A DNA stretch of 64,000 nucleotides, from the NCBI GenBank assembly GCA_050260455.1, contig JBLNCF010000004.1, positions 15,917 through 79,916 on the forward strand, written 5' to 3'. How positions within the stretch are numbered: the stretch's first letter is position 1; every line of letters begins with the position of its first letter. Under the pieces are notes generated by a model. The model ran no database searches. It saw only the letters and a list, made by a program, of their open reading frames with translations, and was not told the origin of the DNA. The DNA is from Bacillota bacterium. GTDB lineage: Bacteria; Patescibacteriota; Minisyncoccia; Phycocordibacterales; Phycocordibacteraceae. Shown here in pieces: positions 30,044-39,340 of the stretch. A program made the position numbers and the translations under genes.

Positions 30044-31243
30044 ATGGTCGACAATGGAAGTTGGCGACGGCGGCTTCGACGAGAGTATGGAGTGCCCGGC
30101 TGGGTGCTCTGGCTTCTCGCGGCTGTCGTTGTGATAGTGCTGATCGTGCTGGCCTTCACTCATCGTAAGGACATCGCCGCAGCACTTCATCTCGGTCGCC
30201 CACCAGCGGCCGCTCAAGCTCCGCAGCCGGCTGCTTCTTTGCCGCCGGAACCGCAGAAGCTTCTCACGGCGAACGACGGCCCGGCATTCCATGCCGTACC
30301 TCCGCCGCCCAAAGCAGGAACGCGAGCGTCGGCGCCAAAGCCGGCACCGCGATCTCCTGCGCCGACAGTACCGCGTCGTCCAGCTTCACCGCGCACGGGA
30401 ACTCCCGTAGTGGCGCAGCCTCGCGTGCCCTCCGGTCCCTGCACCCCAGGAACCGCGCTCGTGTGGCGTCACTCCGGTGGCGATCCGTACGCGCAGAACG
30501 AGAAGGAGGCCTACTCTGACGCCAAGCTGGATACGATGCTTGCCTGTAACGGTATCCCGCGTGAAGACTGGGCCGCCATCAAGCAGTACGTGCGTAATGC
30601 TGACAACGGCGCAAAAGTCGTGCTGAAGGAAGGTGGCCACTTCGCGACCATGATGTCCGGCAACGGGCACATGTTCCGGAACGGGACCGTCGCTATTCCA
30701 GGCGGTCAACGCGCGCTCGAGTTTGATGTCGAAGTGAACGGCCACCGGTACATCCTGGTCCTGCCCTTCGGGTGCTGGAACTGGATCGTCCTCGAGACGC
30801 CGCTCATTCAGCCTCCGGACTCGGACTGCATCACCCTCTCGTTCAACGCGGAAGAGGGTGGGCATGTGCGGTGGGGAATCGGCAGTGCCGAGGGCCCCGT
30901 CCCGCCTGATTGGTGCAACGCCCAACGCGAAGGCGAAGGACCGTGGCACGCATGGTGGGGCGAGTGCGACTGGTGCAAGCCAGCCCTGGCGTATATCCAG
31001 CGGATACTGGGGCCAAGTGCCCGGGTATACCACCGGTACTACTATCCCGTGAAGGAACGGCATCAGACGCTCCGCTTCTCGCGGGACATCTACCGCCAGG
31101 TGGTCTACATCTGTCTGGAGCATGCCAACAACGGAGGCAGGTCCTGCGGCGTCTACATGCGTCCGGAGGACTGGAAGGGGAGAACGCACGTCGAGATCCC
31201 CGACTCCCTCTGGCGGGAAGATAATGGTGACTGTCCCCACTAG
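30044..31243 (+). CDS. Orphan membrane-anchored protein with a Pro-rich linker and Cys/Trp-rich domains
   Basis: SD AAGGAGGAGGG, TM helix, Pro/Ala linker, and its own terminator at 31250-31295. Confidence 0.75.
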   Translation: MVDNGSWRRRLRREYGVPGWVLWLLAAVVVIVLIVLAFTHRKDIAAALHLGRPPAAAQAPQPAASLPPEPQKLLTANDGPAFHAVPPPPKAGTRASAPKPAPRSPAPTVPRRPASPRTGTPVVAQPRVPSGPCTPGTALVWRHSGGDPYAQNEKEAYSDAKLDTMLACNGIPREDWAAIKQYVRNADNGAKVVLKEGGHFATMMSGNGHMFRNGTVAIPGGQRALEFDVEVNGHRYILVLPFGCWNWIVLETPLIQPPDSDCITLSFNAEEGGHVRWGIGSAEGPVPPDWCNAQREGEGPWHAWWGECDWCKPALAYIQRILGPSARVYHRYYYPVKERHQTLRFSRDIYRQVVYICLEHANNGGRSCGVYMRPEDWKGRTHVEIPDSLWREDNGDCPH

Positions 31244-31375
31244 GGGACCGGGTTGGGAGGTGGTTCGCGCCGCGAGCCACCACCCAACTCTTTTTGTACG
31301 CCTCCGGCGAACGCTAGGAGGCAGGGGCGTTCATTAATTTCTTACCATTCACTTAGCAGTATCAAGAACAAGAGT

Positions 31376-33718
31376 ATGGAAACCATCACGAATCCTGCAG
31401 CGAAGAAGCATCGGCCGATTCTTATCGGTCTGTTGAGCGTGTTCCTCGTGTTCTCGATCGGTGTCGCTATTGCGGTTTCGACCGGTCTTGCGACTCCACC
31501 GCATGCGGACGCGCAGGTCGTTGGTCCTCCGTGCTGCACCACGCCCCCACCTCCGCCCCCACCCCCGCCTCCTCCGCCACCCCCACCTCCGCCACCCCCA
31601 CCTCCGCCACCTCCTCCGCCCCCGCCTCCTCCGCCACCCCCACCTCCGATTCCTCCGCCGCAGTGTACGCTCACGCCTTCGTCTTCGACCATCGCTCCTG
31701 GCGGGTCAGTGACTCTTACCTGGACCACGGTGAACGCCACCTCGGTGACCTTCGAGGGAGGCTCGGTGTCAGCTAACGGTTCTCGAACCGTCACGCCGTC
31801 GCAGGATGCAAGCTATCGTCTCGTAGCGCTTGGCGCTGGGGGGTCAGTTCACTGTGATGCAACGGTGCACATCGTAACTCCTACGCCACCGGCGCCAGTC
31901 TGTACGCTATCAGCGAATCCGACTTCAATAACAGCGGGAGGTGCATCCACGCTCACCTGGACTACGCATAACGCTACGTCCGTATACATTGATCATGGTG
32001 TCGGTACGGTTTCGACCAGTGGCTCGCGTTCTGTTGCGCCTAATGTCACCACTACGTACACACTCGTGGCTACTGGTTCGGGAGGGGAAGTGCACTGTAC
32101 TGCGACCATTACGGTAGTACCGGTCACTCATGCGCCGGTCTGTACGCTGTCAGCGAATCCGACCTCGATCACCGCAGGCGGTTCCTCGACGCTCACCTGG
32201 ACGACCAACAACGCTACGTCCGTATCCATTGATCAAGGTATCGGTGGGGTCGCTACCAACGGCTCACGATCTGTCTCGCCGGGGCATACTACGACCTACA
32301 CGCTTACGGCTACCGGTCCTGGTGGTACGGTGCACTGCAATGCCACTGTTACGGTAGTGAATGTCCCTGCTGCTCCGGTCTGTACGCTTTCGGTTTCGCC
32401 GAGCTCGATTACACGTGGCGATTCCTCGACGCTCACCTGGACCACTGATAACGCGACCTCCGTTTCCATCGACCAGGGCATTGGCTCTGTGTCGTATGAC
32501 GGTTCGCGCAGCGTATCGCCATCTGATACTAGGACCTATACGCTTACTGCTACCGGTTCAGGTGGTACCGTGCACTGCACCGCGACTGTCACGGTTCACT
32601 CGCCAAGTTCCAACGGTCCGTCCTGCACCATGGACATCTCCCCGTCGTCTATCTACGAGGGTGATACTGCCCGACTAACCTGGGACAGCAATCACGTGCA
32701 CCGCGTCCGTATTAATCAGGGCATCGGTGATGTCGATGACCAGGGTTCTCGTCGTGTATCACCAGACGACCTCGGTACTACACGTTATGAAGGAACCTTC
32801 TACGGCGACAATGGTGATGTGATTACCTGTTCCGCAACGCTCCGCGTCCGTGCACATGCAGCGTCTCCGCAGCACCTCGTGCTCGATTCGTTCTCGCTTC
32901 CGGGTCCCACTCCTCAGCCGCTGTCCTATGTGTACCTATCAGAGCTTCCGTACACAGGTCTCGATCTTGGGCCGACTGGCACAGCAATGTACTGGCTCAT
33001 GCTTATCCTCTGGAGTCTCGCGGTCGCGTACGTCGTCCTCTGGGGCGTCGTCCCGATGGCACTTCGCCGCGCGGGCATCATGGGCGCTGAAGTAGGACAT
33101 GCGATCAACGATCATCAGGATACGCACGCCGTACATGTTGATCTTCAGCATGCACCGGCCCCTGCTCCGGCTCCAGTGCGCCAGTCTTCCTACGAAGGAT
33201 TCAAGGCGCTCGCACAGAACGGCGAACTCACCATCGATGACATTGTGAAGGGTCTGTCGCGTGAAGCTGGCGAGGATCTACTTCCGCCTGCACACGAGGA
33301 ACCGGTTATTGCTGTGCAGCATGAAGAGGTCATCGTGGCTCCTGCTGCACCGTCTATCCCGAGCGCGCCAGTCGCTCCCGGAGCAGAGCTTCATGAGGAT
33401 GTTCCGGCATTCCTCGCAGCCCTTCTCGCAGGCGACAAGGATCGTGTCTACGGCATGATTCGCAGCGTCACCAAGTCTGGAGGCGATGCGCAGGCATTCC
33501 TCACGCACACCGTGTTCGCACTCGACGATGCCTACCGCGCCAAGGTAGAAGGTGCCCCGGTGCATCCGGAAGTAGCCAAGGTATGCGAGGACTGCGCTCC
33601 GAACTTCCTTGAGCGCCTCATCGGCACGCTCTCGACGGCGGTCGACTCAACTTACTCGACCGGCGTCACCGGTGTGAAGCTCGCAGTTACTCGCGCACTG
33701 TCGCTCATCGAAGGCTAA
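31376..33718 (+). CDS. Surface protein: polyproline, five Ig-like repeats, internal LPYTG plus TM helix, ~215-aa cytoplasmic domain
   Basis: Signal/anchor at the N-terminus; repeats CTLSANPTSITAGG.STLTWTT; LPYTG at 32945-32959, then a TM helix and RR. Confidence 0.85.
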   Translation: METITNPAAKKHRPILIGLLSVFLVFSIGVAIAVSTGLATPPHADAQVVGPPCCTTPPPPPPPPPPPPPPPPPPPPPPPPPPPPPPPPPPPIPPPQCTLTPSSSTIAPGGSVTLTWTTVNATSVTFEGGSVSANGSRTVTPSQDASYRLVALGAGGSVHCDATVHIVTPTPPAPVCTLSANPTSITAGGASTLTWTTHNATSVYIDHGVGTVSTSGSRSVAPNVTTTYTLVATGSGGEVHCTATITVVPVTHAPVCTLSANPTSITAGGSSTLTWTTNNATSVSIDQGIGGVATNGSRSVSPGHTTTYTLTATGPGGTVHCNATVTVVNVPAAPVCTLSVSPSSITRGDSSTLTWTTDNATSVSIDQGIGSVSYDGSRSVSPSDTRTYTLTATGSGGTVHCTATVTVHSPSSNGPSCTMDISPSSIYEGDTARLTWDSNHVHRVRINQGIGDVDDQGSRRVSPDDLGTTRYEGTFYGDNGDVITCSATLRVRAHAASPQHLVLDSFSLPGPTPQPLSYVYLSELPYTGLDLGPTGTAMYWLMLILWSLAVAYVVLWGVVPMALRRAGIMGAEVGHAINDHQDTHAVHVDLQHAPAPAPAPVRQSSYEGFKALAQNGELTIDDIVKGLSREAGEDLLPPAHEEPVIAVQHEEVIVAPAAPSIPSAPVAPGAELHEDVPAFLAALLAGDKDRVYGMIRSVTKSGGDAQAFLTHTVFALDDAYRAKVEGAPVHPEVAKVCEDCAPNFLERLIGTLSTAVDSTYSTGVTGVKLAVTRALSLIEG
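31544..31648 (+). repeat. Tract of 35 consecutive Pro codons
   Basis: CCN run with a recurring CCACCCCCACCTCCG unit. Confidence 0.95.
31658..32850 (+). repeat. Five ~80-aa Ig-like tandem repeats, each with two Cys
   Basis: CTL..PxSI...LTW...ATSVxID.G.G...GSRSV.P...TYTL.ATG.GG.VHC.AT; the fifth copy is diverged. Confidence 0.9.
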
Positions 33719-33728
33719 AACGCCTACT

Positions 33729-33768
33729 AAAGAAAAGCGCTCCCACATCGGGAGCGCTTTTCTTTTTT
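33729..33768 (+). terminator. Intrinsic terminator
   Basis: AAAAGCGCTCCC-acatc-GGGAGCGCTTTT followed by CTTTTTT. Confidence 0.85.
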
Positions 33769-33833
33769 GGCGGGAGGAGTATGCTCGAGAACAGGTTGGA
33801 ACGCCGGATATACGGCAGACAAGAGGTGAGGAA

Positions 33834-33986
33834 ATGACTTCCAGCATGCAGAAAAAGGCGACTACGGGCACCCTCGTTCTGATCGCATTCCTGGTCACGG
33901 CGCTGATCACGGGGGTCGTTGCTGGAATCAAGCAGGCCCAAAACCCCGGCCCGGGAATGCACGCCAAACTTACCCCGTTCCGCTAG
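33834..33986 (+). CDS. Small single-TM peptide, 50 aa (absent from the ORF track)
   Basis: SD GAGGTGAGG; MTSSMQKKATTGTLVLIAFLVTALITGVVAGIKQAQNPGPGMHAKLTPFR; hairpin AGGCCGTCCGCA...TGCGGGCGGCCT follows. Confidence 0.6.
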   Translation: MTSSMQKKATTGTLVLIAFLVTALITGVVAGIKQAQNPGPGMHAKLTPFR

Positions 33987-34045
33987 GAACGAAAGCCAGG
34001 CCGTCCGCACAGAGCTGCGGGCGGCCTGAAATCATTTCAGATACA

Positions 34046-35791
34046 TTAAGAGCGAATACGCGCCTCTTCCGCGATACGCGCCGCAAAGTCTTCGGACTTC
34101 ATTGCGTCCTGCTTACCATGGTCGCGGCTTTCGATAGAAACCGTTCCCGCTTCTACTTCAGCATCGCCCACGACGAGCACGTACGGAATCTTCTCGGTTT
34201 TCGCGTTACGAATCTTCTTACCGAGCGACTCGTTCGCGGCATCTACATCTGCGCGAATGCCAACTGCTTTCAGCTCTCGCATCACTTGTTCTGCGTAGGG
34301 AAGGTGTTTCTCCGATACCGGAAGCACGCGTGTCTGGATGGGAGAGAGCCAGACCGGGAAATTGCCGGCGAAATGCTCGATCATTACGCCCATGAAGCGT
34401 TCGAGTGAACCAGAGATGGCGCGATGTATAACAACGGGGCGCTCTTTTTCGCCGGATTCATTCGTATATTCGAGCTGGAATCGCTCCGGTTGATTAAAGT
34501 CACACTGGATAGTGGCGAGCTGCCATTCGCGGCCGATAGCATCCTTGAACATAAAATCGAGCTTAGGGCCATAGAATGCAGCCTCTCCCTCAACACGCTT
34601 ATAGGGAAGGTTATTGGCTTTCGCCGCATCTTCTAGGGCTTTTTCCGCAACCTCCCATGCCTCATCAGTACCGAGATATTTTTCTCCAGGACCGCGCACT
34701 GAAAGGCTTACCCAGTATCCATCAAGCATGTTCATGGTCGAATAGAACTCCTTGACGATGTTGACGATCGTACCGACTTCTTCCTCAATCTGCGAAACAC
34801 GACAGAAAAGATGCCCATCGTCCTGCGTAATGGAACGGACACGTGTAAGACCTGCAAGCTGTCCGGTCTTTTCATCGCGGTACACCGTAGCTGGTTCAAA
34901 GTAGCGCACGGGCATGTCCCGATACGAGAACTGATTATCGAGGAAAAGTTGCATGTGATGCGGGCAGTTCATTGGCTTCAGGTGGAACTTCTCTTTACTG
35001 GTACCACCGTATACCGAGAACATGTCATCGAGATAGTGACCGGCATGACCGCTTACAACATAGAGATCTTCCTTCGCGAGATGCGGCGTCCATACGCGAT
35101 CGTAGCCTCTCTCCTTGTGAAGCTCCCACAGGTATTCCTCGATCTCGCGGCGTATGAGCGCACCCTTAGGTTGTAGGAGGGGGAGACCGGAACCGACAAG
35201 CGACGAGAGAGTAAAGAGCTTCAGGTCTTGTCCCAACTTGCGATGATCGCGCTTCTTCGCTTCTTCAATCTGCGCACGATACGCATCCAGATCTTCTTTT
35301 GTCTCGAACGCCAGTCCGTAAACGCGGGTGAGCATGGGCTTCGTTTCGTCGCCTCGCCAATAGGCTCCTGCGATGCGATCGAGCGCGAAGGAATCCGGCT
35401 TAATGTCGTGGGCCGGGGTCTCGGAATGACCGCCGCGGCAAAGATCAGTAAAGGAACCTGCCGTGTAGAGCGTAATGGGATCGCTTGCTTCAGTAATGCC
35501 ACCAATGATTTCAATCTTGTATTCGTTCCCAGCAAATCGGTCACGTGCATCTTTCTCCGAGACTTCCGTACCGGACATCTCTGTCCAAGAAGGCAGGAGG
35601 TCGCGCATGGCTTCTTCAAGCTGTGCGAGGTCCGATTCCTTGGGGGCGTCACCGCCCGAGAAATCAAAATCGTAATAAAAACCATTATCTACCGCAGGTC
35701 CGATCGTGGGTTTTGCGTGCGGATACCGTTCAAGGACTGCTGCGGCGAGCAGGTGGGCGAGTGTGTGGCGTTTTTCCTCGAGCGAAGCCAT
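34046..35791 (-). CDS. thrS: Threonine-tRNA ligase
   Basis: RHTLAHLL, DLCRGGH, RDHRKLG, KPMNCP, FYGPKLD, IHRA; start at MASLEEKR. Confidence 0.97.
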   Translation of the reverse strand: MASLEEKRHTLAHLLAAAVLERYPHAKPTIGPAVDNGFYYDFDFSGGDAPKESDLAQLEEAMRDLLPSWTEMSGTEVSEKDARDRFAGNEYKIEIIGGITEASDPITLYTAGSFTDLCRGGHSETPAHDIKPDSFALDRIAGAYWRGDETKPMLTRVYGLAFETKEDLDAYRAQIEEAKKRDHRKLGQDLKLFTLSSLVGSGLPLLQPKGALIRREIEEYLWELHKERGYDRVWTPHLAKEDLYVVSGHAGHYLDDMFSVYGGTSKEKFHLKPMNCPHHMQLFLDNQFSYRDMPVRYFEPATVYRDEKTGQLAGLTRVRSITQDDGHLFCRVSQIEEEVGTIVNIVKEFYSTMNMLDGYWVSLSVRGPGEKYLGTDEAWEVAEKALEDAAKANNLPYKRVEGEAAFYGPKLDFMFKDAIGREWQLATIQCDFNQPERFQLEYTNESGEKERPVVIHRAISGSLERFMGVMIEHFAGNFPVWLSPIQTRVLPVSEKHLPYAEQVMRELKAVGIRADVDAANESLGKKIRNAKTEKIPYVLVVGDAEVEAGTVSIESRDHGKQDAMKSEDFAARIAEEARIRS

Positions 35792-35812
35792 GGATATGAC
35801 AGAGGATAGCAT

Positions 35813-35850
35813 AAAACGAAATGTGGCTCCTCTCGGAGCCACATCGTTTT
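35813..35850 (-). terminator. Intrinsic terminator just upstream of thrS
   Basis: ATGTGGCTCC-gaga-GGAGCCACAT-TTCGTTTT on the minus strand. Confidence 0.8.
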
Positions 35851-36100
35851 CAGTAGACGCCCGTTTGATTACTAGTCGCCCGTTGTGCCACCGTCAGGGT
35901 GGTGAAGGGGTGGGCGACACAGACGCTGCATCTTTTTGTTTCTGAGTTTTCGATTCCTTTTTTTGAAGGAGGCAGGTTTTCTTGGCAGCTGATGAGCTGC
36001 CAAGACATCTTTTGGCATGCGCGGTCCGATTTGCACCGGCAGGTTCCTTCTATCAAGACGTGTGCATGTGCGGAACAAGAACGCGTTCCGGCATGTGTTA
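35851..36100 (-). ncRNA. Putative structured RNA (dnaE trailer or thrS leader)
   Basis: Hairpins CCGGT-GCAA-ATCGG, TCTTGGCAGCT-catc-AGCTGCCAAGA and GTCGCCC...GGGCGAC; no convincing gene. Confidence 0.4.
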
Positions 36101-36102
36101 TA

Positions 36103-39100
36103 TCACAGCGCTTTCAGGTTCTCTATAGCGAGCGACAATTCACCATTCCGATTGCTTACGGTCGCCTTCACGAGCACACAGGTACCGGAGGCCACCGCCG
36201 CACCACGTTCTTTGTAGAGCTTGGGGAAGATGACTCCTTCGATGGAGGAGGATCGATCTTCAAACTTCACGAACGCCATCTTCTCTCCGGACTTGGTGAG
36301 TATGGTTCGGACTTCCTGTACAAGCACCGGAAGGATGACAGGGATGCCTGGACGTGGCTCTTCTTTGATCGCCGCGATGGTGGTGGAGGCCTTATCCGTC
36401 ATAACGCCATGACTATCGAGCGGATGACCAGAGACATAGATACCGAGCAGCTCCTTTTCCCACGCGAGTTTGTCTGCGAGTGAATCAGTACGGTCAGAGG
36501 CAGGAAGGTTAAGGGTGGGGGGCGCAAAATGTGCAGCACTGAAGAGCGAATCCTGCGGCGATTCGGCCGTTGCATCGCGATGGAAGGAAAGTAGTGTCTC
36601 TATGTGCATGAGGAGATGCGCACGACCGCCCTTGTCCTTGGCGAGGCTGTCGAGCGCTCCTGATTTGATGAGACACTCAAGTGATTTGCGATTCAGGTTC
36701 TTCGAGCGGACACGCGAAAGGAAATCAGAAAGGTCTTGGAAGGGACCACGTGCGTTTCGTTCCTCGATAATTGCTTGTGAAATCGCCTCACCAAAATTCT
36801 TGATGGTGGTGAGTCCGAAACGGATGGTGTCTTTCGCTTCGCCGGCGACGGTAAAGTCGGTGCCGCTCTCATTCACATCTGGCGGGAGCACGGGAATCTT
36901 CATGCGTTCACATTCCGCGACGAAGGTAGCGATGGAATCAGTGTCGCCGGAATCGGCCGTGAGCACCGCCGCCATGTACTCAACAGGGAAGTTCGCCTTC
37001 ATGTAAGAAGTCTGGTACGCGACTTTGCCGTAGCAGGCCGCATGCGCCTTGTTGAAGCCGTATGCGGCGAATGGCTCGATGAGCTTCCAGAGCGCCTGGG
37101 CTTTCTGGTCGGAAAGCTTTCCAAATTCTTTGAATCCCCTCATGAGTTTCTCCTTCTGCGCCTCCATCTCCTCCGGGATCTTCTTACCCATGGCCTTACG
37201 GAGCGTGTCCGCCTCAAGCCAGGAGTAGCCACCAAGTTTAATAGCAGTGAGGAGCACGTCGTCCTGGTACACGAGGAGGCCGTATGACGCATCGAGGTAC
37301 TCGGCCATGCGCGGATCGAGATAGCCGATCAAGCGAGGATTCTTCTTACGCTCAATGTATTGAGGAATGGTTTCCATCGGACCGGGACGGTAAAGCGCCA
37401 CCATGGCGTTGATGTCGTGGATGGTAGTGGGACGGAGTTCTTTCAAGTAGCGTGTCATGCCGGAGCCGTTCAACTGGAACGTGCCTTCGGTCTCCCCACG
37501 AGCGAGCATCTCAAATGTTCTCGTGTCGTCGAGCGGGATATTCTCGATATCGATATCGATATCGCGCGTCTCCTTCACGCGCGCGATAGCGTCCGCGAGG
37601 ATGGCGAGGTTCTTGATGCCGAGGAAGTCGAACTTAAGAAGGCCAGCATCTTCGACCGCGTGCATGTCGTACTGGGTGATGAGCTTGCCGGTTCTCGGGT
37701 CGATCTGAAGAGGTGTCCAGTCGGTGAGTGGGGTGGGGGCGATAACGACACCGGCAGCATGCACACCCGTATGACGCACACAGCCTTCGATGCGTTGTGC
37801 CAAATCTATGATTTGTCGCGTGTCATCGTCCTCGTCATAGAGCTTCTTCAACTCCGGCTCAAGTTCGAGGGCTCGCTCGATGGTCATGGGGAAGCCCTGA
37901 CTGCCCATAGGGATGAGCTTCGCGATTTGATCGCCGGTGCGATACGCATGACCAAGCGCCCGTGCGACATCGCGCACCGCTGCGCGCGCCATCATGGTGC
38001 CGAAGGTGCCGATCTGTGCGACGTGGTCTTCGCCGTACTTACGCTTCGCATACGCGATCATCTCGTCACGTCGGTTATCGGCGTAGTCCATATCGATATC
38101 CGGCGCCTTGGGACGCTCGGGATTGAGGAAGCGCTCGAACGGGAGCTTATAAAAGAGGGGGTCGACGTTCGTGATGCCGGTCAGATAGGACACCAGGGAA
38201 CCAGCAGCCGAGCCGCGGGTCGTGGTGAGAATGCCTACGGACTTTGCAAATTCGAGGAGGTCAGACACTGCGAGGAAGTACGGTGCGAAACCCTTGCTGA
38301 TGATGACATCGAGTTCGTATTCAATGCGCTCTTTCACTTCATCCGTGAGTTCCATCTTGCGGGTCTCAAGGCCCGCATACGTTTTCTCACGCAGCATGTC
38401 CTCGTGCGTTTTTCCGGGATCAGTCGGGATGGCAGGGAAGTTCCAGCTCCCGAGCTCCATTGTGACGTTGCAGCGCTCGGCGATCTCTACTGTGCGGTCA
38501 ACCGCATCTTCGTGGTCCTTAAACCACTTGCGGATGTCCTTTTCAGATATGAACGAGAAGTCTTCCTCCTCGTTGCTTCCATGTGCGTCATGACCGATGC
38601 GTCGCATCACCGCTGTCGCTTCGCGGTCGTCGGGGGAGAGGTAGTACACATCGTGCTGAGCGATGAGGGGTACGCCGGATTCTTCCGCAAGAGCGATGAT
38701 TTCCTGCATGCGCTCCTCGTGTCCGCTTACCCGCGGGTGATGTGTTATTTCAAGAAAGACATTGTTCTTGCCGAATATGGAAACGAATTCTGATAGCGAT
38801 GCGCCGGCACCCGCCTTATCACCTGCCTTTAAATACTGCGCGACCTCGCCTGCAAAAGAAGGAATGATGGCGATGAGCCCGCCCTTGTGCTCACGCAAGA
38901 GTTCCTTATCCATGCGTGGTTTATCAAAGAGACCCTCGGTGAACGCCTTCGTCACGAGGATCATGAGGTTGCGGTACCCCTCGTTATCTTCTGCGAGCAA
39001 CACGAGACGAGAGCGTTTGGATTCGTCACCGGGTGCTTTGTCAAAGCGTGAACGTGAAGCGATGTATGCATCGACGCCGATGATAGGTTTGATCCCCGCT

Positions 39101-39273
39101 TTCTGGGCGACCTTATAGAACTCGACGGCGCCATGGAGATTGCCGGCGTCGGTAATGCCGAGCGCGGGCATTTCCGCTTTGGCTGCTGCCTTTACGAGCT
39201 CGGGAACTTTCGGCAGTGCCTCGAGGAAGGAATAGTGGCTGTGCGTATGGAGGTGTACGAATCGGCTCGCCAT
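36103..39273 (-). CDS. dnaE: DNA polymerase III alpha subunit
   Basis: HLHTHSHYS PHP domain, RGSAAGS, PDIDMD, KFDFLG, YGFNKAH. Confidence 0.97.
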   Translation of the reverse strand: MASRFVHLHTHSHYSFLEALPKVPELVKAAAKAEMPALGITDAGNLHGAVEFYKVAQKAGIKPIIGVDAYIASRSRFDKAPGDESKRSRLVLLAEDNEGYRNLMILVTKAFTEGLFDKPRMDKELLREHKGGLIAIIPSFAGEVAQYLKAGDKAGAGASLSEFVSIFGKNNVFLEITHHPRVSGHEERMQEIIALAEESGVPLIAQHDVYYLSPDDREATAVMRRIGHDAHGSNEEEDFSFISEKDIRKWFKDHEDAVDRTVEIAERCNVTMELGSWNFPAIPTDPGKTHEDMLREKTYAGLETRKMELTDEVKERIEYELDVIISKGFAPYFLAVSDLLEFAKSVGILTTTRGSAAGSLVSYLTGITNVDPLFYKLPFERFLNPERPKAPDIDMDYADNRRDEMIAYAKRKYGEDHVAQIGTFGTMMARAAVRDVARALGHAYRTGDQIAKLIPMGSQGFPMTIERALELEPELKKLYDEDDDTRQIIDLAQRIEGCVRHTGVHAAGVVIAPTPLTDWTPLQIDPRTGKLITQYDMHAVEDAGLLKFDFLGIKNLAILADAIARVKETRDIDIDIENIPLDDTRTFEMLARGETEGTFQLNGSGMTRYLKELRPTTIHDINAMVALYRPGPMETIPQYIERKKNPRLIGYLDPRMAEYLDASYGLLVYQDDVLLTAIKLGGYSWLEADTLRKAMGKKIPEEMEAQKEKLMRGFKEFGKLSDQKAQALWKLIEPFAAYGFNKAHAACYGKVAYQTSYMKANFPVEYMAAVLTADSGDTDSIATFVAECERMKIPVLPPDVNESGTDFTVAGEAKDTIRFGLTTIKNFGEAISQAIIEERNARGPFQDLSDFLSRVRSKNLNRKSLECLIKSGALDSLAKDKGGRAHLLMHIETLLSFHRDATAESPQDSLFSAAHFAPPTLNLPASDRTDSLADKLAWEKELLGIYVSGHPLDSHGVMTDKASTTIAAIKEEPRPGIPVILPVLVQEVRTILTKSGEKMAFVKFEDRSSSIEGVIFPKLYKERGAAVASGTCVLVKATVSNRNGELSLAIENLKAL

Positions 39274-39340
39274 TCCCTACAGGATACCAAGTGAAGAAGC
39301 GCTGGCGCTAGCGGACAACGAACCTGGTATCCTATCTGCT

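Noticed and set aside
35821-35905. T-box riboswitch upstream of thrS
   Set aside because: AGGGTGG is on the wrong strand; GTGGCTCC is part of the terminator stem and lacks UGGNACC; no Stem I motifs are recognisable
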